A DNA stretch of 64,000 nt from Patescibacteria group bacterium (GTDB taxonomy: Bacteria > Patescibacteriota > Gracilibacteria > UBA1369), in assembly GCA_963169655.1 (NCBI GenBank), contig CAUJCM010000003.1, positions 31,741 through 95,740 on the forward strand, given 5' to 3'. Below the pieces are notes generated by a model. It was not told the DNA's origin, made no database searches, and was given only the letters and a program-made list of their open reading frames with translations. Position 1 is the first letter of the stretch. The number at the start of each line of letters is the position of its first letter. A program made the position numbers and the translations under genes. Below, one piece after another: positions 19,825 through 29,104 of this stretch.

Positions 19825-21918
19825 ATGAAAAAAATAAATTTATCAATTTTTATAATCAGTTTACTTTTCCCACATATTTTAAGTGCTGAAAGTATAAATT
19901 TAAACGATATAAGTGTAAATTATTCAAATAATAATAATTATTTAAATGTTAATTTTGATAAAAATAACAGTGTTTCTGATCAAATTATAATTAAAAATCT
20001 ATCTGACAATAAAATTAACTTAAATATTAGCACAGAAAATTTATCAAATTTAGTTTCTATTCAAGATACTATAATTATAAATCCAAATGAAACAAAAATT
20101 ATACCGTTTAAAGTTGATTTAAACAAAAATATTGGCATAGGTAATCATCAAGGATTAATTCTATTTAAATATAGAAAAACACAAGACAACAATATTTATA
20201 ATCTAGAAAAAGGACTCAAATTAAATATTAATATACCAGGACAAATTCAAAATTCTTATAAAATAATAAATCCAATTCTTACCAAAGATAAAAATTATAC
20301 ACATTACACTTTCAACATAATAAATAGTGGAAATACATTCTTAAATGGCACTACTACCTTGACTAATCAAAATGAAAACACCCAACACACACAACCAATT
20401 GAAATATATCCAGGAGAATCAGCAAAAGTCAGTTTAAATATAAAAAATAACACAAACAAAAATTCAAAACTAATTAACACAATTAATCTGAACAATGAAT
20501 TTAAAACATATATATTAAATAATGACATAGAAGGACCTCAAAACTTCTCACCATTTATCATTATATTATTATTAACAATAATAATATTTGCTTATCTAAA
20601 AATCAAAAATCAAAAATCAAAAATCATTAATTATATTTTAATAGGAGTATTAAGCATAATATTTTTCAGAAACTCTAACAATATTAATCAATTTCTCAAA
20701 ACAGATAGTTTTAACACAGTCCCTGAAACTGGTTTTCTGACCACAATTAAATGGGGGCAATTTGGACCAGTAAGCCAATTTGAATCTAATCCAATATCAT
20801 GGAATGGTTATTTTAAAGCTAGTAGCGGAAAATTAATTATCATAGAAAAACTAAATAATGAGAAAAATGATGATATTCAGTTAAATAAAAATGAAAACCA
20901 GCTAAATTTCAAAAATATTACAGGCCCTGACAATGATGGCGTTATCTTATTATTTAAACCCGATAAATCAGATCCAAAACCAGCTTTAACCTACTATAAT
21001 AATAAATCTCAAGAAAAATATACCTTTTCTATCAATTCAACTCTAAAATTAAGTAAATATATTAATTATTTAAACGGAGAAATAGAAATAAACAGTGAAA
21101 TAGCAGATAAAAATCTTACAATCATTCAAGATAACCAAAAATTTAATATTGTCACTACAAATATTAATACAACATCTCCAATATTAGAAATTCTTGGTTC
21201 TCCAGATGCAGATATTATTTTCAATCAAGAGTCCACAAATGAAATTAAAATAAAAGAAAATCAAAAATCATTGCAGTTACAAGATGAATTAAAAATATTA
21301 AAAGAAATAATTAAAGATTTGCCTTCTTCATCAGATTCACTCTATCAATATATTTTAAATTCCGAATTGATAGAAGAAATTAACTCTAATTACAATTCCG
21401 CAATTGTAAAATCAAATCCATTATTAATAGATAAACTCCGCAATTCTCCTCTAATTATAAATGAAATATCATCATCATCTGAACAAAATTTAATTTTCGT
21501 ACCAAATTCAAAAGTAGAAATGCCTTCTCAATTTTTTTCCTTCAATCAAAAACAAACAACTAGTCAGAGTCTAGGAAATATGATATTTGTGCAAAACAGA
21601 AATAATCCATGGTCAATTTATTTATCAATTAATAATTTAATATCTACAAAAAATAATTTAAGTATTCCTTCATCAAATATAACTATAATACCAGGTAATA
21701 TTAAATTAATTAATGGAAATGAATCTTCAAATTCAATATTGGCTGGCCCCACTCACAAATTAATAAATAATAATGATCAAGCATTATTAGCAACTATTAC
21801 ACCTCAAAATTACAATGAAAACACAGTATTTACTCTGAATCCACAAATAATGATAGAAATACCAGCAGGTACCAAACCAGGAACATATAAAGCAGAAATT
21901 ACAATACGTGAAATCTAG
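19825..21918 (+). CDS. fusion protein: DUF916-like anchor, two-TM hairpin, WxL-like C-terminal module
   Basis: The N-half resembles the 18185 and 32250 products (IINPNETKIIPFKVDL..GNHQGLILF, LKLNINIPGQ). TM1 FIIILLLTIIIFAYL, loop KIKNQKSK, TM2 IINYILIGVLSIIFF. The C-half has LIFVPNSKVEMPSQFFSF, IFVQNRNNPWSIYLSINNL and GTYKAEITIREI. Confidence 0.6.
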   Translation: MKKINLSIFIISLLFPHILSAESINLNDISVNYSNNNNYLNVNFDKNNSVSDQIIIKNLSDNKINLNISTENLSNLVSIQDTIIINPNETKIIPFKVDLNKNIGIGNHQGLILFKYRKTQDNNIYNLEKGLKLNINIPGQIQNSYKIINPILTKDKNYTHYTFNIINSGNTFLNGTTTLTNQNENTQHTQPIEIYPGESAKVSLNIKNNTNKNSKLINTINLNNEFKTYILNNDIEGPQNFSPFIIILLLTIIIFAYLKIKNQKSKIINYILIGVLSIIFFRNSNNINQFLKTDSFNTVPETGFLTTIKWGQFGPVSQFESNPISWNGYFKASSGKLIIIEKLNNEKNDDIQLNKNENQLNFKNITGPDNDGVILLFKPDKSDPKPALTYYNNKSQEKYTFSINSTLKLSKYINYLNGEIEINSEIADKNLTIIQDNQKFNIVTTNINTTSPILEILGSPDADIIFNQESTNEIKIKENQKSLQLQDELKILKEIIKDLPSSSDSLYQYILNSELIEEINSNYNSAIVKSNPLLIDKLRNSPLIINEISSSSEQNLIFVPNSKVEMPSQFFSFNQKQTTSQSLGNMIFVQNRNNPWSIYLSINNLISTKNNLSIPSSNITIIPGNIKLINGNESSNSILAGPTHKLINNNDQALLATITPQNYNENTVFTLNPQIMIEIPAGTKPGTYKAEITIREI
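20598..20625. repeat. perfect heptanucleotide tandem repeat (AAAAATC)x4 inside the coding sequence
   Basis: Read directly: aaaaatc at 20598, 20605, 20612 and 20619. It encodes the KIKNQKSKI loop between the two TM segments of the 19825 gene. Confidence 0.95.
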
Positions 21919-22490
21919 TTTTTTACAGCAATTAAAAGTCCGTCACCGATCTTTAAAATATCACTATCAAATCTCTCATCACTTTGCATATTAATAACAA
22001 AGTTTTCCAAGGCAAATTGATGAGACTGAATATTATCGGCAATAACTAAACCTCCTTTTTTAATAAATGGATAACATTGATTCAAAATATCTTGATATTG
22101 TTTCTTGGTAGCATCTAAAAATAACAAATCAAAATTCCCCTCTCTTATGTTAGAATTTATATCAAAGATTTCTGGAGCGTGCCCAAAAACTTGTGTAATA
22201 ATTTGATTTAAATCAAATGTCAAAAAGTTTTTTTCTGCTAATTTAAATCTAGTAATATTTGATTCAACAGTCCAAAGATATCCTATTTTATTGTCTTTCA
22301 AAGCCTGAGCCATCCAAATAGTTGAATATCCATTCGAAGTTCCAATTTCTAAAACTCTTTGACATCCAGACAGCCGAATAAAAAGATACAACATTTGAGC
22401 AACTTCTCTTGGAATATTCCAATAATGTTTATTAGTTTTTTCTAAACTCAATATTTTATCTTCAAGCTCCCTACTAAAAATATTCATCAT
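21915..22490 (-). CDS. class I SAM-dependent O-methyltransferase (caffeoyl-CoA OMT-like, family 3)
   Basis: SAM motif VLEIGTSNGYSTIWMA, LFLDATKKQY, GGLVIADN. 191 aa, convergent 4-nt overlap with the 19825 gene. Confidence 0.75.
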   Translation of the reverse strand: MMNIFSRELEDKILSLEKTNKHYWNIPREVAQMLYLFIRLSGCQRVLEIGTSNGYSTIWMAQALKDNKIGYLWTVESNITRFKLAEKNFLTFDLNQIITQVFGHAPEIFDINSNIREGNFDLLFLDATKKQYQDILNQCYPFIKKGGLVIADNIQSHQFALENFVINMQSDERFDSDILKIGDGLLIAVKN

Positions 22491-22590
22491 ACAATCAAAA
22501 GTGATATAATAATTATATAAAAAATTCTAAATTAAATATAGCAAAAAAAAGAAACATTCATATAATATAACTAAAACAAATACACAAACC

Positions 22591-25500
22591 GTGAAAATAA
22601 AACATCAAACAAATCTATTCATACAGCTAAAATTAATCATACTTGTAATATTTAGTATTATTCCTAACTATTTTTTAAACCCTATCGCTAAAGCTTCCAT
22701 ATCACCAACTTTATCCTCTTTCAAAATTTTACCAGATCAAATTGAACCATCAGATCCAAATACATATCCCGATCAAACTGGAAATTTAAATATGTATAAC
22801 CCAAACAATACCGCATTAATTATGGTTACTCCAATTGATGATGGAGGGCCATTTCCAGCTCCAGTACCAAATAGTACTATTGAATTATCAATATCTCCAA
22901 ATGATGGAAAAGTAAAAACATTTGAAATACCATGTTCAACTATTCGTACCATCACCAACACCACACAATCAAATACTACCATTAATAACATTACTTACTC
23001 TGGTTGTTTTATAGCCTATTATACTGATGATATTTCAGATAAATTTCAGAGTAATTCAATTAATGAATATACAATAACAGCAGATATTAATAATACAACA
23101 ACCCTTCAGGCAGAATCTACCTTAAAAATTAAACCCATAGCTAATATAGGTATTGGTAATTATATTTTTAGGCAAGATGATAATAATGAAATTGATGCAA
23201 GTAATTTAATGCCAGTAAATACACCACTCTATAATATTAGTAAAAATGAAAATTTCCGACTTAGGGTTAGCTTAACAAGAAAATTATCAATACTAAATAC
23301 TTTATTCGAAAATAATGCTAGCAATTTATCAAATTTATTTAAAAATATTGACAAAGATAAATTAATACAAGATGAGTTTGCCCCAATACAAGAAACATTA
23401 TTAAATGATAATTTAAGTTTTAATAACATAGAAGGAAGACATCCACCAGCAACAGCAATAGATGAAGAAAATAAAAAATTATATTCATTATATGCAAGCA
23501 CTAATACTAACGACGAATTTGTAGTTTCTATTATTGATTTAGACAATATATCTAATCCGCCAACTGAATTTAATATTGCTTGTGACGCTACCTGTCAAAC
23601 AAATGGAGGGAATATTAACACTGACATGCAAACCAGTAATAATATTTTTTTAGATATTGATAATAATCTATTGTATATAGTAGTTAGCCCTTGGGATAGT
23701 AGCACAGGATGGGGAGATATTAATGATTATTATATTAAAATTTTTAAAGTAGATCTAAGTACACAGTCAATAATAAATGTCTTAAATATACCTAAATTAC
23801 TTTCAGAAAATACTAATCAAGCTATAACTCAATATTCAGCAGATAGTGAAATTGATCTAGATAGCGGATTTTTGTATGTAATGGTTAGTGGAAATTTAGA
23901 TTCAAATAATAGTTATGTTAAAGAAGGAAGTAACAATGAACCAGCAAATATAGTCAAAGTTAAATTAAATGCCCCAAATCAAGATTTAGAACTTATTGAC
24001 AGGACTATTTTAGCAAGAAATGGTCTACACATTACCTCTTCAATTATTGATACGGTTAATAAATATTTATATGTAACAAATGGAAAACCAACTCAATTAT
24101 ACAGATTAGACTTAGATGTACCCGAAGAAAAACCTCCAATTATAATTTCACAAATCAGTTTATTTTCAAGTAATGTAAATTACCCAAACCTACAAGTGGG
24201 ATTTCAAGCTTCCATTTTAGACCCCACAAGCAATTATGCATATTTTGCTAGCTCAAATAACCAAATTATATATGACATGATTTCAAGTCAAATAAAATTT
24301 ATGAATTCTCTACAAAATCCACCATATATAACTAAAGTAAATTTAAATCCTCTAGAACCATTTGAAGTAATGTCCAAAGTAAACATCGGAAACCCAAATG
24401 CCTATGCTATGAAATATTATGTAGAAATCCTCATAGGAGGCTCTCCAGTAAATCTATATAATAATATTATAAAAGTTCTTAATATAATGAATGAATTAGA
24501 TTTCAACACAACTATATTCGGAAATATTTTATCTCAAAATGGAATAGCAACTCCATCCATCGACACAATTAATCATTATATTTATTTTCCCACAATCAGA
24601 ATTGTAGGACAATCTACAGGAGCATTTAAAATTATAAGATATGACACCACTAATGACACCGTCAGAGGAATGAAAGAAATGGATAATGAAATTATCATAG
24701 GGCAAGTACCAATTACTAGAAATCCAACATTAAACACAGATATGATAATTACATCAGGAAATATATATTCCAACATAATGAATTTAGGATATATATTAAA
24801 GATAATGGGAAAAAGTGATAAATTATTAACTTATAAATCTACAACTAATATTAATCCAATTATACAAAGCGCCTCATTATCAGAACATAACATTGATACC
24901 GCTGGATATTGTAACTATTCAGACACAGAAAATTTAAATTGGGAAAATATACCTAATGATGATTTTATTTATGCTACAAGTTCTTATTTTAACGATAGAG
25001 ATAAAACTACTAATATTCCAGGTCTACTTCCTGATACCAACGAAAGCTTTGTTCCAGGAGAACTAAAACAATCAAATACATCAATATCCAAGATCTCTTT
25101 AGGCAGAAGTCAATTCACTGAAATTGAATATTCTTTGAAAGCCACAAATGATGCTAAAGGCAGTTATTGCTTCAGAATTATAGATAGCGATCCTAATAAT
25201 GATAATCAAACAAGTAAATATCCTAATATGATACTTGGATATTTCAATCCAGATTATCAAAAAATTAATCTCTTAAAAGAACATTTTTATATTCCAATTA
25301 CAATCAATGGAATAATTATAGATAAAAATGAATTATTATTACAAGAAACCGCATATAAATCCACATACAATATCAAATTAGCAAGCCAACCTACTGACAC
25401 GGTTAATATACACATAACTTCTGATGATCCAAGAATTAAATTTGTACTTCCTGATGAAAGTAAAGTTAATTTTTTAAATATCAATTTTGACGGAAATAAT

Positions 25501-26217
25501 TGGAATACTAACCAAACGATATCAGTATTTGTTCCCAAAACCCCAAGCAATGAAGGCACTACTTATGGATTAATTCACCACACATCCACAAGCAATGATC
25601 CTTCTTATAATTTTTTAGTAATCAAACCAATTCAAACAATTGTAACAGACACAAATGAAGCAATAAGCAAAATAACCGCAAATATATGTAGCGGTGCAAG
25701 CTTCACACCTCCAGCAAACTTTAACTTCCCAAATATTAAAATAGGAAACAATACTCCAGTCTTTTCTCCAGATATTCCAATTTCAATTATTGATGAAAGA
25801 TGTTCTGGAGACTCATTCTCATTAACACTACAAGCAAGTAATTTCTGTAATGATATTGATAATTTAATGTGTATACCTCTCAATAAAGTTTACTTAGCAA
25901 CTTCAACTTTAGTAAATGATTACACAACTACTTTAACTCCAGCTCAAATAGGTAATTTTATTGCAAATTATCTCCAAACAGGAGTAGATATCGCAACTAT
26001 AAATGCCTTCAAACATCAAGATCCAAATGATGATTTAACTCTCGATCAAGCAATTACTTTAATTGATACCGATGGAGTACTCGGAGATAATAATCACAAA
26101 ATTAATGAAGATGTAGATTTCTTAATGCACTTACTCATTGATTATGCAAATATCACCACTCCTCTTGGAATAGGTACTTATACAACTACTTTAACTCTTG
26201 ATTTTATTACACAATAA
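22591..26217 (+). CDS. giant secreted protein (1208 aa) with YVTN-like propeller repeats and a WxL-like C-terminal module. GTG start.
   Basis: GTG is the first canonical start after an in-frame TAA at 22528. Signal peptide. Recurrent xxLY(V/I) strands (NKYLYVTNG, GFLYVMVSG, NLLYIVVSP, NHYIYFPT). The C-terminus has FTPPANFNFPNIKIG, ISIIDERCSGDSFSLTLQASNF and IGTYTTTLTLDFITQ. Confidence 0.6.
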   Translation: MKIKHQTNLFIQLKLIILVIFSIIPNYFLNPIAKASISPTLSSFKILPDQIEPSDPNTYPDQTGNLNMYNPNNTALIMVTPIDDGGPFPAPVPNSTIELSISPNDGKVKTFEIPCSTIRTITNTTQSNTTINNITYSGCFIAYYTDDISDKFQSNSINEYTITADINNTTTLQAESTLKIKPIANIGIGNYIFRQDDNNEIDASNLMPVNTPLYNISKNENFRLRVSLTRKLSILNTLFENNASNLSNLFKNIDKDKLIQDEFAPIQETLLNDNLSFNNIEGRHPPATAIDEENKKLYSLYASTNTNDEFVVSIIDLDNISNPPTEFNIACDATCQTNGGNINTDMQTSNNIFLDIDNNLLYIVVSPWDSSTGWGDINDYYIKIFKVDLSTQSIINVLNIPKLLSENTNQAITQYSADSEIDLDSGFLYVMVSGNLDSNNSYVKEGSNNEPANIVKVKLNAPNQDLELIDRTILARNGLHITSSIIDTVNKYLYVTNGKPTQLYRLDLDVPEEKPPIIISQISLFSSNVNYPNLQVGFQASILDPTSNYAYFASSNNQIIYDMISSQIKFMNSLQNPPYITKVNLNPLEPFEVMSKVNIGNPNAYAMKYYVEILIGGSPVNLYNNIIKVLNIMNELDFNTTIFGNILSQNGIATPSIDTINHYIYFPTIRIVGQSTGAFKIIRYDTTNDTVRGMKEMDNEIIIGQVPITRNPTLNTDMIITSGNIYSNIMNLGYILKIMGKSDKLLTYKSTTNINPIIQSASLSEHNIDTAGYCNYSDTENLNWENIPNDDFIYATSSYFNDRDKTTNIPGLLPDTNESFVPGELKQSNTSISKISLGRSQFTEIEYSLKATNDAKGSYCFRIIDSDPNNDNQTSKYPNMILGYFNPDYQKINLLKEHFYIPITINGIIIDKNELLLQETAYKSTYNIKLASQPTDTVNIHITSDDPRIKFVLPDESKVNFLNINFDGNNWNTNQTISVFVPKTPSNEGTTYGLIHHTSTSNDPSYNFLVIKPIQTIVTDTNEAISKITANICSGASFTPPANFNFPNIKIGNNTPVFSPDIPISIIDERCSGDSFSLTLQASNFCNDIDNLMCIPLNKVYLATSTLVNDYTTTLTPAQIGNFIANYLQTGVDIATINAFKHQDPNDDLTLDQAITLIDTDGVLGDNNHKINEDVDFLMHLLIDYANITTPLGIGTYTTTLTLDFITQ

Positions 26218-26232
26218 AATTAACTGAAAAGA

Positions 26233-27495
26233 ATGATTAAAGATAAAATAACAAATCTTCAAAATAAATTATTTACAGCTATCACTGTATTATTAGCTTT
26301 AATAACATTTATTCCAATTAGTTTTGCTCAATCCATAAATAATAATTCCATCTTATTCAATTCAAACTCACAAAAATCTTTAAATTCCTCATTTACAACT
26401 TCAGAAAATAATATTCTTACAAACGATTCAAATACAAATCCATCAAACGAAACTAATCAAAAAAATTTAGTCCAATTAAGAATAATCCCTTCAATTAGTG
26501 ACAGTAATAGTTCAGCTATACTCACCTACTCTCTCAAACCAAATAAAAACACAGAAGACATTTTGACTATTCATAATGAATCTGATTACAACAGCTACAC
26601 ATTTAATTTATATGCAGTTGATGCAGCCCAAAATAAAAGAGGCGATATTTATTATAAATTAGCAAATCAAGAACAAAACGCAATTGGTTCATGGACAAAT
26701 TTTAATAAAAAAGGATTAAAAATTTTTCCTAATCAAACTTTAAGAATCCCATATTCAATTCATATTCCTCAAAAAATTACTCCTGGAACTTATCAAGGAG
26801 GATTCGTTGTAGAACTTCAAAATTCTTCTAATGAGGATAATCAAATCAAAGTAGTTAGCAGAATTATCACACCTTTTAGAGTAACCATTCCAGGAAGAAA
26901 ATTTATTGAATTAGATTTTAAAAATTTTGAATATAATAAAAATCCAAAAGAGCCTTTATTTAATATTTCTCTATCTAATTCAGGAAATGTAATTTTAAAA
27001 GCAGATATCGATCTTGAAATAAAAGGCACATTATTTAAAGAACCATACAAAGCTTCTTCAAATGAAAATATCTTACTTCCAGATTCTTCAATAAATAAAA
27101 ATATCTCTACCCAAAAACTACCTTTTCTAGGAAAATATCAAGCTTCAGCAATAGTTAATCTTTATCAATTCGATACAAATAAAAATGAATATATATACTA
27201 TCAAACACTTCAAAAAGACATCGAATTTACCATTATCCCCTACTCTTTCTTGATATGTTTATTAGTTCTAGCAATATTTATCATTTTTATTGCAGTAAAA
27301 AGACAAAAATGTCTTAAAAAAATTAAAGAAAATTCATTTACACATATTGTGGCTAAAGGAGAAACCTTAACTTCAATAGCAAATCTTTACAAAATTAATT
27401 GGAGGACTATAGTTAGGTTAAATAAATTTAAAAAACCGTATACTTTAAGAGTAGGAAAAAAATTAACAATTTTTGTTAAAAATAAAAAGAAATAA
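26233..27495 (+). CDS. DUF916/DUF3324-like surface anchor with TM followed by LysM (paralog of 13025 and 30401)
   Basis: Signal peptide. GSWTNF..IFPNQTLRIPYSIHIPQKITPGTYQGG, RVTIPGR. TM FLICLLVLAIFIIFIAV followed by KRQKCLKKIK. LysM HIVAKGETLTSIANLYKINWRTIVRLNKF. Confidence 0.6.
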   Translation: MIKDKITNLQNKLFTAITVLLALITFIPISFAQSINNNSILFNSNSQKSLNSSFTTSENNILTNDSNTNPSNETNQKNLVQLRIIPSISDSNSSAILTYSLKPNKNTEDILTIHNESDYNSYTFNLYAVDAAQNKRGDIYYKLANQEQNAIGSWTNFNKKGLKIFPNQTLRIPYSIHIPQKITPGTYQGGFVVELQNSSNEDNQIKVVSRIITPFRVTIPGRKFIELDFKNFEYNKNPKEPLFNISLSNSGNVILKADIDLEIKGTLFKEPYKASSNENILLPDSSINKNISTQKLPFLGKYQASAIVNLYQFDTNKNEYIYYQTLQKDIEFTIIPYSFLICLLVLAIFIIFIAVKRQKCLKKIKENSFTHIVAKGETLTSIANLYKINWRTIVRLNKFKKPYTLRVGKKLTIFVKNKKK

Positions 27496-27497
27496 AA

Positions 27498-28253
27498 ATG
27501 AAAAAATTATTCTCAATCTCAGTATTAGTTTTAGTAAGTTTAAATTTATTTATAGCTACTGTTTTCGCTACACCAGAAAATTTTGATGGTGAGCAGGAAA
27601 TTGAGTGCAATGATAGTGGATCTTTTATTATTAAATCTGCACCTGAAACTATTGAATTTTATGAAAGAACAACAAACTTTTATAATGAAGATAATTCCAA
27701 TATCATTGCAACAAAAGATAATGGAAATTATGACCCAATGATAGTTTTTGAAGATACCAGAGGTTTTGATCCTAGCGGAAATAAAGAATGTGGAAAGGGT
27801 TATATTGTCTCAGTAGTAGCTTCAGATGGAATTACTAATTATGCAGATATTAACAATAAAAATACTTCAGATTATTACAGGATATATTTAGCAACTGGTG
27901 AATTTGGTGGAGATGGAAATATGCTTGAAGACGTCAATATTGGAACTTCGATTCCTGATGAATTAATGAGAGACATAGTAGAATTTTATGATGAAAATGA
28001 TGTTCAAAATAAATCAATTAAAACAGCAATTAACTTATTTGAAACTCAAGAAGCTTTTTATGGAGATCTAGGATTAATTTTAAATTTTTATGATCAAGAT
28101 CAAGGAGATGATGCAGAGTGGTCTACACTTAAAACTTTACATAATGATTTAGAAAAGAAAGTAAGTGGAACTGTCACAAATAATTATCAAGGTCCAATTG
28201 CACCAGGTACTTATACAGGAACAATCACTTTCTCTATCACTCAGAAAAGTTAA
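27498..28253 (+). CDS. small secreted WxL-like protein (Trp-less FxL variant)
   Basis: Signal peptide IATVFA. IIKSAPETIEFYERTTNF, VFEDTRGFD..GKGYIVSVVAS, C-terminal PGTYTGTITFSITQKS. Confidence 0.6.
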   Translation: MKKLFSISVLVLVSLNLFIATVFATPENFDGEQEIECNDSGSFIIKSAPETIEFYERTTNFYNEDNSNIIATKDNGNYDPMIVFEDTRGFDPSGNKECGKGYIVSVVASDGITNYADINNKNTSDYYRIYLATGEFGGDGNMLEDVNIGTSIPDELMRDIVEFYDENDVQNKSIKTAINLFETQEAFYGDLGLILNFYDQDQGDDAEWSTLKTLHNDLEKKVSGTVTNNYQGPIAPGTYTGTITFSITQKS

Positions 28254-28327
28254 GACACACACTTGACAGAACACTATAAAATATAGTAATATAATTTGAA
28301 GCTTTATAATTTAACCAAAAAACAAAT

Positions 28328-28990
28328 ATGAAAAAGCTCACAACAATTTTAGCCTTAACGGCAGTAACAGCAAATCTTGGTATCGCTACTGTGTTTGCAC
28401 AACCTCAAGACGAAGCTATCTCAGGAACCCAAAGCATTGATTGCGATAATACTGGAGATATTACTCTTGTAGTAGATGGTAATAAAGATATTACTTTTTA
28501 CCCAAGAACTGTAAATTTTAAAGACGCAACACAAGCTTATGCATCAGCTTCTAAGAACGCCAATAAATATATAAAAATCCAAGACACAAGAGGATATGAT
28601 TCAACATGTGGATTTGGAGCTACTTTAAGTATACAATCTAGCGGACTAAATCATCCTGATTCAGGAGATATTATAGATTTAATGACAGGAGATTATACTA
28701 GGAGTAATTTTGTAATTGAAAGTGGCAGTATTCCAGACAGTACTAATTTTTATAATGATATTGTAGGAAATGTAAAAGCTGGTACAGAAACAGATATTAA
28801 GAATTCGGTTCAAATATTTGAAACTAATCAGGCTTTTAGCGGATCAATTAAAATAATTTATAATCCAAGTACAGATGATGGTAGTGATTACGATGATGTA
28901 TTAGTTGCAGCTAAAAGACCATCTTCAGTAATAGCACAAGGAACCTATACAGGAACAATTACTTTTTCTTTGGAGAAAAAAAATAGTTAA
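28328..28990 (+). CDS. small secreted WxL-like protein (paralog of 27498)
   Basis: Signal peptide IATVFA. ITLVVDGNKDITFYPRTVNF, IKIQDTRGYDSTCGFGATLSIQS, C-terminal QGTYTGTITFSLEKKNS. Confidence 0.6.
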   Translation: MKKLTTILALTAVTANLGIATVFAQPQDEAISGTQSIDCDNTGDITLVVDGNKDITFYPRTVNFKDATQAYASASKNANKYIKIQDTRGYDSTCGFGATLSIQSSGLNHPDSGDIIDLMTGDYTRSNFVIESGSIPDSTNFYNDIVGNVKAGTETDIKNSVQIFETNQAFSGSIKIIYNPSTDDGSDYDDVLVAAKRPSSVIAQGTYTGTITFSLEKKNS

Positions 28991-29011
28991 TTTTTAAATA
29001 TCATCAATCAA

Positions 29012-29040
29012 AGAGCCACAATTGTGGCTCTTTTTCTTTT
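29012..29040 (+). terminator. rho-independent terminator after the 28328 gene
   Basis: Stem AGAGCCAC / GTGGCTCT with loop AATT, followed by TTTTCTTTT. Confidence 0.75.
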
Positions 29041-29041
29041 T

Positions 29042-29083
29042 ATTCCCCTCTTGAGGGGTGTCAGCCACAGGCTGACGGGGTGG
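29042..29083 (+). repeat. two-hairpin repeat element, copy 1
   Basis: ATTCCCCTCTTGAGGGGTG-TCAGCCACAGGCTGA-CGGGGTGG. Hairpin 1 is CCCCTC/GAGGGG and hairpin 2 is TCAGCC/GGCTGA. Confidence 0.85.
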
Positions 29084-29104
29084 ATCAAATCTTTAGATAA
29101 AAAG

